Shown in pieces: positions 53,909-63,261 of a DNA stretch of 64,000 nt (its first letter is position 1; each line of letters begins with the position of its first letter). A program made the position numbers and the translations under genes. The notes below the pieces were generated by a model that saw only the letters and a program-made list of their open reading frames with translations, ran no database searches and was not told where the DNA came from. This stretch comes from Dehalococcoidia bacterium (GTDB lineage Bacteria; Chloroflexota; Dehalococcoidia; Lucifugimonadales; CAUZJF01). The DNA is taken from assembly GCA_965237635.1 (NCBI GenBank), contig CBDEFX010000001.1, forward strand, positions 290,176 to 354,175. Reading direction: 5' to 3'.

Positions 53909-55232
53909 CGGTCTCCTCCATCCTGACGAGGTGGTCGCGTAGCTCGTGGAGCACGATGCCTTCTGCCAGCTCGGGGCAGAGCTCCTCCCCAACGTAGAAC
54001 ACCGCGATCTTGTGGCCACGGTCCTTCAGATCGCCGAGGACGTCCACGAATTCGGGCGGCATGAACGCAGTCGCGACGGCCAGAGTCGCCCCCAATGGGA
54101 ACTGGCGTGAATGGGTGCCAAGCCGGTCGTACATCGCTTCGAACGCATATGGACGGACGGTGGCAAGGGCCCCGAGAACGAGAGCCAGCTGGTCACGATC
54201 GGTAGCGGGAGGCACGGTCATAGTTTGCCCGGCCGGAACAGGCAGGTCGTTTGTCAGCAACCCGATCGTGTACTCCTTTTCCGCCGCATAGCGCGCGACC
54301 GACGCAGCCGCGATCAAGACCCGCTCGAGGACCTCCGGGGCAAAGGTCTCCCAGAAGGGCGATCTCGTGTCCACGGCGACGACCAGAATAACCGTTGTCG
54401 AGGTGCTCGGTTCGAAGGTGCGCACTTGAAGCTGTTGCACTCTGGCCGTTGCCTTCCAATCGATTATTTTGAATGGGTCGCCACGCTCATAGTCCCGCAG
54501 GCCGGCTAGCCTCGTGGGGTCTTGAAAAATCCTGAGCCCTCCCCGTATCTCACCCAGCGGCCTCGCGGCCGGTATGCCGAGCTCTTCCAGAGGGACTACC
54601 TGAGGATAGACCACCAGGGTGTCCTGCCGTGGCTCGCTCACTGTACTTCTGAGAAACCCAAACGGGTCCCCGCTCTGGATGCTTGCGGGGCCTAGTCTGA
54701 ACAGTCCACGTTTAGTGCACCGCAGTCGGTACTCCCAGCGCAGCCGTTCATACCACTTTATCGCCGCCCTATGGCGGAGGGTTTGAACGTTCAGGAGGAA
54801 TTTCCAGGGTGTGTCGCCCGATACCACCTCAAGCTCATCGGGGATTTCGTCCTCCAGTCGGACCCACGTTAGGGGCAACGGCTTTTTGTTGCTGAGCGCC
54901 AGGGTCATCGAGATCTCTTCGCCCGTGAAGGCGAATCGCGCCGGAAGCTGGCGTTCGTACGAGAGTTTCTCGAGCGCCAGCCTGTTCCAGGCCACGGAAA
55001 TGGCGCCGGCAACGAGTCCCATGACGCCGAACCCGGTGACCAGTCCCTGGCCGGTGACCGCCCCGAGGACCATCAGGGCCAGGAAGCACGCGACCCAGAG
55101 AGTCTGCCAGGGATGTCTGGTCAGGATCGACTCTTTGACCCTGCTTTCCTTGCGGGCGTCGCTCAGTATGGTATCGGTAGGGTCACCCTGGACAGGGGCT
55201 TTTCGGCTAGATGTTTCGGGCTCGTTGCTCAT
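53889..55232 (-). CDS. DUF58 domain-containing protein (copy 1)
   Basis: N-terminal TM hairpin and a DUF58 core (GDPFGFL, RIFQDP, LRDYERGDP..IDWKATA, vWA-like ILVVAVDT). Confidence 0.8.
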   Translation of the reverse strand: MSNEPETSSRKAPVQGDPTDTILSDARKESRVKESILTRHPWQTLWVACFLALMVLGAVTGQGLVTGFGVMGLVAGAISVAWNRLALEKLSYERQLPARFAFTGEEISMTLALSNKKPLPLTWVRLEDEIPDELEVVSGDTPWKFLLNVQTLRHRAAIKWYERLRWEYRLRCTKRGLFRLGPASIQSGDPFGFLRSTVSEPRQDTLVVYPQVVPLEELGIPAARPLGEIRGGLRIFQDPTRLAGLRDYERGDPFKIIDWKATARVQQLQVRTFEPSTSTTVILVVAVDTRSPFWETFAPEVLERVLIAAASVARYAAEKEYTIGLLTNDLPVPAGQTMTVPPATDRDQLALVLGALATVRPYAFEAMYDRLGTHSRQFPLGATLAVATAFMPPEFVDVLGDLKDRGHKIAVFYVGEELCPELAEGIVLHELRDHLVRMEETGEILAG

Positions 55233-55234
55233 CG

Positions 55235-56698
55235 TCAGTCCCTTGGCTGATAGGTCCCGGACCCTTGAGCTCGCCCGCCCACGATCCGGACTGCTGCCCT
55301 AACGCTCGCGAGAGAAGAGCTCATCTGGGCTATCTGTTCTTTGGTAGCCGGGTGAAGGCCGTAACATGCGCGGTTAAAGGCGGTCGTGGCCATACGCACA
55401 AGGTTCCGCGGGAATAGTCGCTCGAGCGTGCTCTGGAACTCAACGGCGGTCTCGGCCGGGCGCCTGAGATGGCCCTTGTCCTCTGCCAGAGTGAGGAGAT
55501 CGTAGTAGACCCGCAGGACAGCCACGACGCCGGGCGGACCGTCCGGGAGCCTGAAGCTCGGCTTGCGCTCGCGTCTTTTTATCCACTCGGGTATCAACCT
55601 CCTCACAAGCCCCGCGATGTCGGTGACCGGGTTTGCGTCCTCTTTTACGGACTCCCGGTCACCATCTGTGTTCTTGGGGCCCGCCGACAGGAAGCGTCGT
55701 AGCGCCCGTGCGAGCAGAAGCAGAAAGAACAGGGCGATCACGCCGAGAAACACCCACTCGACCACCTGGATAACGAAGTAGAACGACGTGCCCGCCTCTT
55801 CCGCTTCCTCGATTGCTCTTGCCGCCTCTTCAACCAGCTGCTGACTTCGTAGGCCGGTCTCACCTGCGCCCGGCTCGTAGGGGCGGTCGAAAATGGCGAT
55901 GAGTAGCTCCACAAACCAGTTGAAGACGACCGCTATGGGGAGGACTATTGCCCAAAAAGCCCCTTTCACCGCGGCCCCTAGCCCCGACACCGCGGGGGTC
56001 GAGAAGTACGACAGCAGGCCACGGTGCAGTAGACCGAAGGCGAAGCCGATCAGCACAATGGCCGACACCACACCAGCTATGACCTTATGCCACGTCATAG
56101 CCCCGGCAGACTGACTGGACTGTGGCAGCAGGTGCCCTATGCTGAGTCCTCCGAACCCCGCGGCGAAGAAGATAAATATCATCGGGAAGGTACCGAGGTC
56201 CGCCGGCTGGTTGATGTCCACGACCGCCGCCAGCGCCAGTCCCAGCAGGCCCACTCTGAAGCTCAGCTTCAGACTGTCTGTCGGGAACTCTGCCAACGCG
56301 AGCCTGGACCCCCTCCACCAGAGTGCCGCTCCAATGAAGCTGCCGGCCACGGCCCTGAACGCATAGTCTCCGTCCGCTGACCCTGACACCAGCCTCGCGA
56401 CCCAGGCGAGATCGAGACCTCCGGCCTCGGACGGGACCTGGGTGCCGACTGTGACATAGATTGCGCCGAGCCCGACCAGGGACCGGAGCAAGTAGACCGC
56501 CTCCATCGCGGCAACCTTGGCCGGTGACATGCGGGCGACCACCAGCGCGAGGCCCAGTATCGCCAGAATGGCAAACCAGCTCAGCGGGCTCTCACCCCGT
56601 CCCATGACCACGGCCGCGACTCCGCCAACGGAGAATAGCCAGGCGCTCTCTGAAACCGCGGTGGCCGCGAGTACCAGCCTATCCTGCGAGACGCTCAC
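55235..56698 (-). CDS. polytopic membrane protein with C-terminal DUF4129 domain (copy 2)
   Basis: Likely GTG 56698 with GGAGG upstream, giving the same 20-nt overlap with its DUF58 partner. FRLPDGPPGVVAVLRVYYDLLTLA...AFNRACYGLHPAT. Confidence 0.7.
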   Translation of the reverse strand: MSVSQDRLVLAATAVSESAWLFSVGGVAAVVMGRGESPLSWFAILAILGLALVVARMSPAKVAAMEAVYLLRSLVGLGAIYVTVGTQVPSEAGGLDLAWVARLVSGSADGDYAFRAVAGSFIGAALWWRGSRLALAEFPTDSLKLSFRVGLLGLALAAVVDINQPADLGTFPMIFIFFAAGFGGLSIGHLLPQSSQSAGAMTWHKVIAGVVSAIVLIGFAFGLLHRGLLSYFSTPAVSGLGAAVKGAFWAIVLPIAVVFNWFVELLIAIFDRPYEPGAGETGLRSQQLVEEAARAIEEAEEAGTSFYFVIQVVEWVFLGVIALFFLLLLARALRRFLSAGPKNTDGDRESVKEDANPVTDIAGLVRRLIPEWIKRRERKPSFRLPDGPPGVVAVLRVYYDLLTLAEDKGHLRRPAETAVEFQSTLERLFPRNLVRMATTAFNRACYGLHPATKEQIAQMSSSLASVRAAVRIVGGRAQGSGTYQPRD

Positions 56699-57929
56699 CG
56701 GCAGCCTCCAGACTGGCAAAGTGGTCCCAAAGCTCGTAAACCAGAATACTCTCAGCTAGTTCAGGGCAAGGGTCTTGCCCCACATAGAGAACGACGATCT
56801 TGAAGCCCCGGTATTTCAGGTCGTTCAGTGTGCTGACGAACGCCGGCGGCAGGAATGCGGTCGCGACGACCAGCGTCGCTCCCATCGGGAACCGGTGCGC
56901 GTTCTTGCCGAGATGATCGGCCATGGGACCCAACGCGAACGGACGAATGGTCGCCAGGGCGCCGAGGACCAGGCTCAGCTGGTCCCGGCCTCCGCCGGGG
57001 GGGACCGACATCGGCCGGTTGGAAGGGGCAGGCATGTCGTTCGAGAACAGCCCCACCGTGTACTGTTGCTCAGCCGTGTAGCCGGCCACCGACGCAGCAG
57101 CGGTAACGACTCGTTCGAGGTCGTCGGGCCGGTAGGCTGCCCAGTAGGGCTCAGCCGTGTCGACCGCGACGACCAGAATTATCGTGGAGGAGGCGCTTGC
57201 CTCGAAGGTGCGGACCTGCAGGCTTTCCATCTTGGCGGTCGCCTTCCAGTCCACGATCTTCAATGGATCGCCCCGCTGGTAGTCGCGAAGGCCGGATGAC
57301 CTCGAGGGGTCCTGGAAAATGCGCATCCCGCTCCGCACGTCCCCCAGAGGCCTGGCTGCCGGCAGGCCAAGCTCCGGCAACGGCATGACACGGGGGTATA
57401 CCAGCAGACTGTCCTGGTGAGGCTCCGTAGCTCGACTGTGGAGAAACCCGAACGGGTCGCCACTCTCGATCTGGGCCGGGCCTATGCTATACAACCCACG
57501 CTGCGTACAGCGCACCTGGTATCCCCAGTGTATCCTCTCGTACCACGCCATCGAGGTCGAATGGTGCAGACTCTGAACGTTGGGGCGGACGTTGACTTCC
57601 ACGTCACCCTCGACCACCTCGAGAGCGTTCGGCATCACGTCGTCCACCCGTATCCACGGCAGGGGCACCGGCTTCTTGTTGGTCAGTGCTACGGTCATCG
57701 TCACCTCTTCGCCGAGGAAGACGCGCCGCCTGGGTAGATGTCGAACATACGCTATGTCCTCGAGCGCCAACCTGTTCCAGAACCAGGCGATGCCGGCGGC
57801 CACCAGCCCCATCACACCGAAGCCGATAACCACCCCCTGGCCCATGAAGAAGCCGGCGGCAACGATGATGGCGAAGAATACGAGCCAGGCGTCGTGTAAG
57901 AAATGGCCGGACGAGAATGTGGGTCTCAC
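56679..57929 (-). CDS. DUF58 domain-containing protein (copy 2)
   Basis: Same architecture and motifs as copy 1 (GDPFGFL, RIFQDP, LRDYQRGDP..VDWKATA, ILVVAVDT). Confidence 0.8.
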   Translation of the reverse strand: MRPTFSSGHFLHDAWLVFFAIIVAAGFFMGQGVVIGFGVMGLVAAGIAWFWNRLALEDIAYVRHLPRRRVFLGEEVTMTVALTNKKPVPLPWIRVDDVMPNALEVVEGDVEVNVRPNVQSLHHSTSMAWYERIHWGYQVRCTQRGLYSIGPAQIESGDPFGFLHSRATEPHQDSLLVYPRVMPLPELGLPAARPLGDVRSGMRIFQDPSRSSGLRDYQRGDPLKIVDWKATAKMESLQVRTFEASASSTIILVVAVDTAEPYWAAYRPDDLERVVTAAASVAGYTAEQQYTVGLFSNDMPAPSNRPMSVPPGGGRDQLSLVLGALATIRPFALGPMADHLGKNAHRFPMGATLVVATAFLPPAFVSTLNDLKYRGFKIVVLYVGQDPCPELAESILVYELWDHFASLEAAGERLAG

Positions 57930-57985
57930 GGCGTACTCCCGCGTGACTGACTCGGCATCTAAGGTCGCAATTCCGCCGCGTGGTT

Positions 57986-58025
57986 CGACAGGTCCCCCGA
58001 TGCGGCATCGGGGCGACTCCTGTCG
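57986..58025. repeat. nested REP-like hairpin between moxR and DUF58
   Basis: cgacagg-t-ccccgatgc-g-gcatcgggg-cgact-cctgtcg. The inner 19-mer is identical to 28490..28508. Confidence 0.7.
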
Positions 58026-58173
58026 GAGCTCACCACGAACGTAGGTTCAAGACCACCGTTCGCCCTGAGTAGTCCCGATGCCGCATCGGAACGTATCGAA
58101 GGGAGCTTGTCGAAGGGCAATTCGGGTCACCTCGACACCTTTCGTGCAAAGCCCGCGTGGCTGACCCCTCGGA

Positions 58174-59133
58174 TCACCTTTCGATGGGCACGGGGAGGGA
58201 CGACAGGACCTCGTCGATTAGCTGATCGGCGCTATTCCCTCTTAGTCGGGCCGTGGAGCTGAGGATCATCCGGTGTGGCAGGACCGACGGCGCCAGTACC
58301 TTGACGTCGTCGGGAGTCACAAAGTCCCTACCGTGGATGGCCGCCCAGGCCTGCGAGGTCTTGTATAGGGCCAGGCCAGCGCGCGGACTTGCGCCCAACG
58401 AGATCCCGTCGTGCTCCCGCGTCGCGCCTACGATAGCGACAATGTACTGACGGACTTGGTCGTCCACTCGTACGGCGGGAGGCACCTTCTGCATAAGCCC
58501 CAGCTCATCGCTGCTCACCACCGCTTCCAGTGGGGGCAAGTCGATATCCTGCTCGAACCTCAGGAATATCTCGGACTCCTCTGCGGGTGACGGGTAGCCG
58601 ATCTCGACGCGCACCATGAACCGGTCCAGCTGGGCCTCTGGAAGCGGAAAGGTCCCCTCCATCTCTATCGGGTTCTGAGTGGCCATCACTAGGAATGGCT
58701 CCGGTAGCGGCCTGGTAACGCCGTCCACCGTCGCCTGCCCCTCCTGCATCGCCTCCAGGAGGGCCGACTGCGTTCTCGGAGTTGCGCGGTTGATCTCGTC
58801 GGCCAGTAGCACCTGGCTGAATATCGGCCCGGATCGAAACTCGAACTCGGACGTCTTCTGATTGAAGAAGTTGACGCCCAGAACGTCGCTGGGCATGAGG
58901 TCAGGCGTTGCCTGAATACGTCTGAAGGTGCAACCGAGAGACTGGGCCAGAGCTTTGGCAAGGGTGGTCTTGCCGATGCCCGGCACATCCTCCAACAGAA
59001 TGTGACCCCGGCAGAGTAGCGCCACCAGGGCCAGGTTGATGGCATTGTCCTTGCCGACGATTACGCGCTGCACATTCTCGCGTATGCCAGCCGCCTGGCC
59101 GGAGACTTGATCGACGCTTGGCGTGTCAGCCAT
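58174..59133 (-). CDS. MoxR-family AAA+ ATPase
   Basis: Walker A DVPGIGKTT, Walker B VLLADEINR, and the AAA_3-type C-terminal lid. Confidence 0.9.
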   Translation of the reverse strand: MADTPSVDQVSGQAAGIRENVQRVIVGKDNAINLALVALLCRGHILLEDVPGIGKTTLAKALAQSLGCTFRRIQATPDLMPSDVLGVNFFNQKTSEFEFRSGPIFSQVLLADEINRATPRTQSALLEAMQEGQATVDGVTRPLPEPFLVMATQNPIEMEGTFPLPEAQLDRFMVRVEIGYPSPAEESEIFLRFEQDIDLPPLEAVVSSDELGLMQKVPPAVRVDDQVRQYIVAIVGATREHDGISLGASPRAGLALYKTSQAWAAIHGRDFVTPDDVKVLAPSVLPHRMILSSTARLRGNSADQLIDEVLSSLPVPIER

Positions 59134-59328
59134 GTTGAACTCCTAATTCCGGTCGGCTCAGCCTACTTCAAGTATAGGTTATCCCAGTATGCCCCCGCAA
59201 AGGCCGCGACCGGGTCCCGGCGCTCTTCCCGCGACTCCTAGGGTCTTTCGTTTGTGGATTCTTGTCATTCCGAGAAGTCCTCGACGAGGAATCTAAGTGG
59301 TCGCGGTAAGTTAACGTTGGTTAATGAT

Positions 59329-61203
59329 GATTCCCTCGCAAAAAGGCCTGTTTGAGATGAACCCTGGCGTGCGAAGGGGCCTGGAAGGGAGGAGGCCACG
59401 GGATGCCGGCTGCTGGCCTCACCGCACCATCTGCCGCGCTCAGGACAAGCGTGATCCCGTTGCGGTACCCCTTCCGTGGCTCAGGGCACCCGGTGGAAGC
59501 TGTGGAGCGGCGCCCTCATGCGGCCGCGACCGCAGGTACCGTCCCGACCGCCCGCTGAGCCGTGTTCTCCATCTCCACCAGGCGTGCATGGACCATCCGC
59601 TTGAAGTTGCACGCCAACGCCTTCAGGTAGACGGCAAGCCGCACCCGACGGCCCCCTCGCACCCGCAAGCGCCCAAGCCCGTGGGCGCGCTTCAGCTCGG
59701 AGTTCGTTCCCTCGATCCCGGCCCTTATGGCATACCGCTTGCGCCACTCCTCGGTGGCCTCGGCCCTCCGCCGCCGCTCGATGTTCACCTCTACCCGCTC
59801 CGGCGCATCCTCCAACTCGTACTCCTCGATGGACGGGTGGCCGGCGGGGCACACCGTGGCCTGCTCCCCTGTGACGTCGATCTGAAAGTCCGCGGCGGTG
59901 AGCGGCGGTGGTCCGTCACGCTCTCCTTCGTGCGAGTTCCCCGGCGCCGACCCCGCCACCGGGCTCACCAGTTCCGTTCCCCGGCGCGAGGCTTCGAAGG
60001 CGTTGCGGCCCGACCCATACGCCGTGTCGACGAAGAGCTCGTCCGGTCGGACCTTCCGCTCCGCGAGCCCGTCAACGACCGGCACGCTCACGTCGGTGTC
60101 GCTCCCACTCGAGGGGGTCACCTCCACGTGGGTGATGAGCTGGGTGGCGTTCTCCTCGTGGCAGGTCTCCGCCACCTGCACCTCGTACCCCTTCCCCTTG
60201 TGGCCGCTGTAGGTCACATCCGGGTCGTGGGGCGATTGCAGCGAGTCGGCGGACACCTGCTTCGGGTCCTTCAGGGCCACGGGCACCTTGCATTCCCCAG
60301 CATCGTCATCATCGTCCCCCGGGCGCCCGTCCCGGTGTTTGCCCACATGGCACTGCTCCCGCAGCAGCCGCTCCAGCAGCCGGTACTCCTCCAGCTGGGC
60401 AGCAGTCGTGCCATGGAACCGGTCCACCAGCCGGTAGAGGTCCCGGGCACAGACCGAAAAGCGTCGCCGACCCTCCCCCGTGTGGGCGTCCTCGTAGTGG
60501 GTCGCCTCGTCTTCTTCCTTCAAATAGCGCCCCAGGAGGCCCTCCGGAACCACAGGGCGAAGCTCTGGGTGCTCCCAGCGCAAGGCCCGCAGGAACAACC
60601 GCATCGTCTCACAGAACAGGCCCAGCCGGGTGAGTGTGGCGATGTTGCTCATGATGTGGGTGGAGTCCAGCCGTTGCTTTCCGGTGCGTATGCCCAGCGC
60701 CTGGATGATCCGGTCCGTGGTCTCCTGGAAAGCCAGCCGGCCACCGTCGTGCTGCATCAGGCGAACTCGGAAGTTGTGGAGGGTCTTCTGGGGCAAGTGG
60801 GTCTCCTCGATGTCCAGCCGCAGGGCGTGGTGCCAGAGCAGGTTGAACTCTAGCTGCTCCAGGGCTTCACCGTCGGTGAGATTGAACATCTCTTTGAGAA
60901 GGTGGACCCCGAGGACGGTCTGCACCGCTCGGTTGGGACGGCCGTTGTCCGCGCAGTACATCGGAGCAAAGAGCTCCTCGTCAATCAGGGGGAGCGCCTC
61001 GTTTCGGAAAACCTCGGCCCAACTCCCCTCCAGGCGCTTAGCCTTCTTCGGCGTCACCAGGAACTGGGACTGCCAGAGGCTCTCTTGCGGGTCTCGCGCT
61101 CGGAACATCCTCCCCTCCCTCGCCCGGGCGCGGCCCCAACGCCCTTTCCCCACATTATCCTCCCATTGCCCCCGGAGGACGAGGGGTTTTTACGAGAGAA
61201 TCA
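59329..61203 (-). mobile_element. intact IS5/IS1182-superfamily insertion sequence (1875 bp)
   Basis: Imperfect terminal inverted repeats gattccctcgcaaaaaggcc (59329..59348) and the reverse complement of 61184..61203, gattctctcgtaaaaacccc (16 of 20 match). Flanked by the direct repeat AATGAT (59323..59328 and 61204..61209). Confidence 0.8.
59516..61108 (-). CDS. IS1182-type DDE transposase
   Basis: N-terminal DUF772-like region (FAPMYCADNGRPNRAVQTVLGVHLLKEMFNLTD) and C-terminal IRAGIEGTNSELKRAHGLGRLRVRG. Uninterrupted ORF. The start may be 61108 or 61153. Confidence 0.85.
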   Translation of the reverse strand: MFRARDPQESLWQSQFLVTPKKAKRLEGSWAEVFRNEALPLIDEELFAPMYCADNGRPNRAVQTVLGVHLLKEMFNLTDGEALEQLEFNLLWHHALRLDIEETHLPQKTLHNFRVRLMQHDGGRLAFQETTDRIIQALGIRTGKQRLDSTHIMSNIATLTRLGLFCETMRLFLRALRWEHPELRPVVPEGLLGRYLKEEDEATHYEDAHTGEGRRRFSVCARDLYRLVDRFHGTTAAQLEEYRLLERLLREQCHVGKHRDGRPGDDDDDAGECKVPVALKDPKQVSADSLQSPHDPDVTYSGHKGKGYEVQVAETCHEENATQLITHVEVTPSSGSDTDVSVPVVDGLAERKVRPDELFVDTAYGSGRNAFEASRRGTELVSPVAGSAPGNSHEGERDGPPPLTAADFQIDVTGEQATVCPAGHPSIEEYELEDAPERVEVNIERRRRAEATEEWRKRYAIRAGIEGTNSELKRAHGLGRLRVRGGRRVRLAVYLKALACNFKRMVHARLVEMENTAQRAVGTVPAVAAA

Positions 61204-61366
61204 ATGATGACCGTCTAGGTTCCTCGCGGAGCCTCGGAATGACACCGCCTCCAGGTATTTCAGGGAAAACCGAAAGGCCCTGCCGCGACTCCCTCACCGA
61301 GTGGTGTCGAGCCAGGCGATAGGCTATATTAAAGACAGCGCCGAGCCTGGAAGCGGGAGGTCGGAA

Positions 61367-61663
61367 ATGGGCAGAATGAGCACCTGGCGGACCATAACAA
61401 CCGCATTCACGGTGGCGGCTATCGTCTACGCCATAAGGACCAAGCAGCCTGAGGGGACGTTCCTCAAGGTGCCCTACGACTTCCGAATGCCGACCCTTCA
61501 CAGGCTTCGAGAGCGTTTCTGGAACCCGGATGACCCGAGAATCTTCACTCCCCACTTCTTCGGCGTCGGCTGGTCGCTGAACGTCTACCAGCTGCTCGAG
61601 TGGCTTCGAACCGACCGCCGCCAGGACGACCAAGCTGTCCCCCTCGAGGGACCCGACCGCTGA
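61367..61663 (+). CDS. DUF5808-like small membrane protein
   Basis: ATG 61367 with GGGAGG upstream. One TM, then VPYDFRMPT...NPDDPRIFTPHFFGVGWSLN. Confidence 0.55.
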   Translation: MGRMSTWRTITTAFTVAAIVYAIRTKQPEGTFLKVPYDFRMPTLHRLRERFWNPDDPRIFTPHFFGVGWSLNVYQLLEWLRTDRRQDDQAVPLEGPDR

Positions 61664-61679
61664 TCCCGACCTTAAGCAT

Positions 61680-61753
61680 TGCCCGGTGGTGTAGTGGTAG
61701 CACACGGGACTTTGGATCCCATGACCCAGGTTCGAATCCTGGCCGGGCAGCCA
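61680..61753 (+). tRNA. tRNA-Gln (anticodon UUG), CCA encoded
   Basis: Hand-folded cloverleaf. Acceptor tgcccgg/ccgggca with the U1-A72 pair. D stem gtgt/acac. Anticodon loop cuUUGga. T arm ccagg-ttcgaat-cctgg. Discriminator G plus CCA. Confidence 0.9.
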
Positions 61754-61837
61754 GGGCCTTTGATCGCCTGTTAGACGGCTCAGTCTTACCCGCTTCGTGA
61801 CGCTTTGCCCGCTATCGCAGCTACCCGTCAGCATGAC

Positions 61838-63197
61838 CTATCTCGCAGCCTGCGTAGACGGCGTCCAGGTATCGGCTACCGGGTCGTAGACCGCCGCAGA
61901 AGTGGTGGGGAACGGTTGGCCGTTGGTGCCGCTCGCGCCGCCCACGACCAGCACCCTGCCATCCTTGAGAAGCGTTGCCGTGTGCTCTTCGCGGTCTTCT
62001 ATCGTATCGGCAGCCTTTGACCAGATACCTCTAGAGGGATCATATATCTCCGTCGAATTGCCGCCACCTCCCACGACCAGCACTCTCCCGTCCGAGAGTA
62101 CTGTCATCGTGTGGAGGATGCGGAGCGCTGCCATTTGCCCGGCCTCTGACCAGGTCCCGGACGATGGATCGTATATCTCTGCTAGGGCGGGAGGGGACAG
62201 ATTCTGTGAAGAGGCCGGCGTCGCCACCGGTGACAAGCACCCGGCCGTCAGCAAGGACCGTTGCGGTGGACCGGGACCGGCGCTTGATCATGCTGCCGGT
62301 GCGAGACCAGGAGCCCGTGAGCGGCTCGTAGAGGTCCACTGTTTCCGTAACCCGACCGCTGTCAAACCCGGCTATATACAGCGCCTTTCCGCTCGCGAGT
62401 AGCGAGCTTGTATGCCACTCACGTGTTGTTGATGCGGCCGGTCCGCCAACGGAGGCCCATGTGCCGGAAGACGGGTCGTACAGCGCAGCCGAGGGCCCGA
62501 GCCCGCCCACTCCCAGGACCTTGCCGTTGTCTTGCCTCTCCAGTAAGATGGCTGGTCTGTTGTACTCCCAAGCGGCGAGGCGGACCGTCTCCTCGGGCAT
62601 CTCGCCGACCCTTGACCACGTCTCGGTGGACGGGTCGTAGACCTCTGAGGAGCCTGTAGAGCCCACCCAGATGATCGCATTGGACGCACTGAGGTCATGC
62701 TCATCGGTCAGCCCGCCGGCGACCAGCACACTCCCGTCCTCGAGAAGGATCGCACCGTGATATCTGCGTGGGTCGAACATGGGAGCCGTCAGCGACCAAA
62801 GGCCAGTAGATGGGTCGTAAATCTCCGCCGAAACTACGCCGGTCGGAGGTGGGGGAAGATCCATTATTCCCCTCTGAGCGCTTTCTGTGGTATGACCACC
62901 GGTAATCAGCACGCGGCCGTCCTCGAGAAGCGTAGCGGTGTGGTTGTACAGAACGGGCTGCGTCATGTCCCCCTCTATCCTGGGTATTGAGGTCGGTGTG
63001 GGCCGTGGGGTGCGCGTCGGAGGGAATTGGAATGTGGGTGGCACATTAGCCGGAGCTACCGCGGCTGCCGGTGCCACAGTGGGAGCGGGCATCACCGTTG
63101 GCCTGGGCTCGACCGTGGCAAGGGGCGGTGGGCCGGTCTCCGTACCGCAGGCACCACCCAGCACTGCGGCCGCAATAGCTGCCGACGCCTGCCGCAT
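61838..63197 (-). pseudogene. Kelch-repeat beta-propeller lipoprotein, interrupted by a frameshift
   Basis: ATG 63197, signal and lipobox AVLGGAC, P/T-rich linker, and repeated DGRVL..GG...E.YDP blades. Frame A reads ..VLVTGGDAGLFTE. The blade continues as SQNLSPPALAEIYDPSSGTW in ORF 61838..62254. The shift is near 62205..62215. Confidence 0.7.
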
Positions 63198-63261
63198 ACA
63201 CCCGACCCAGAGCCGGCTGTGGAGTCCCCCGATTATCAAACGATTGTACTCTTGCGATCGC

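Noticed and set aside
59324-60853. 509-aa plus-strand ORF across the IS
   Set aside because: It is antisense to the intact transposase. It is Arg/Pro/Leu-rich with no recognisable domain.
61190-61834. 214-aa minus-strand ORF
   Set aside because: It runs antisense through tRNA-Gln and the DUF5808-like gene, so it is spurious.
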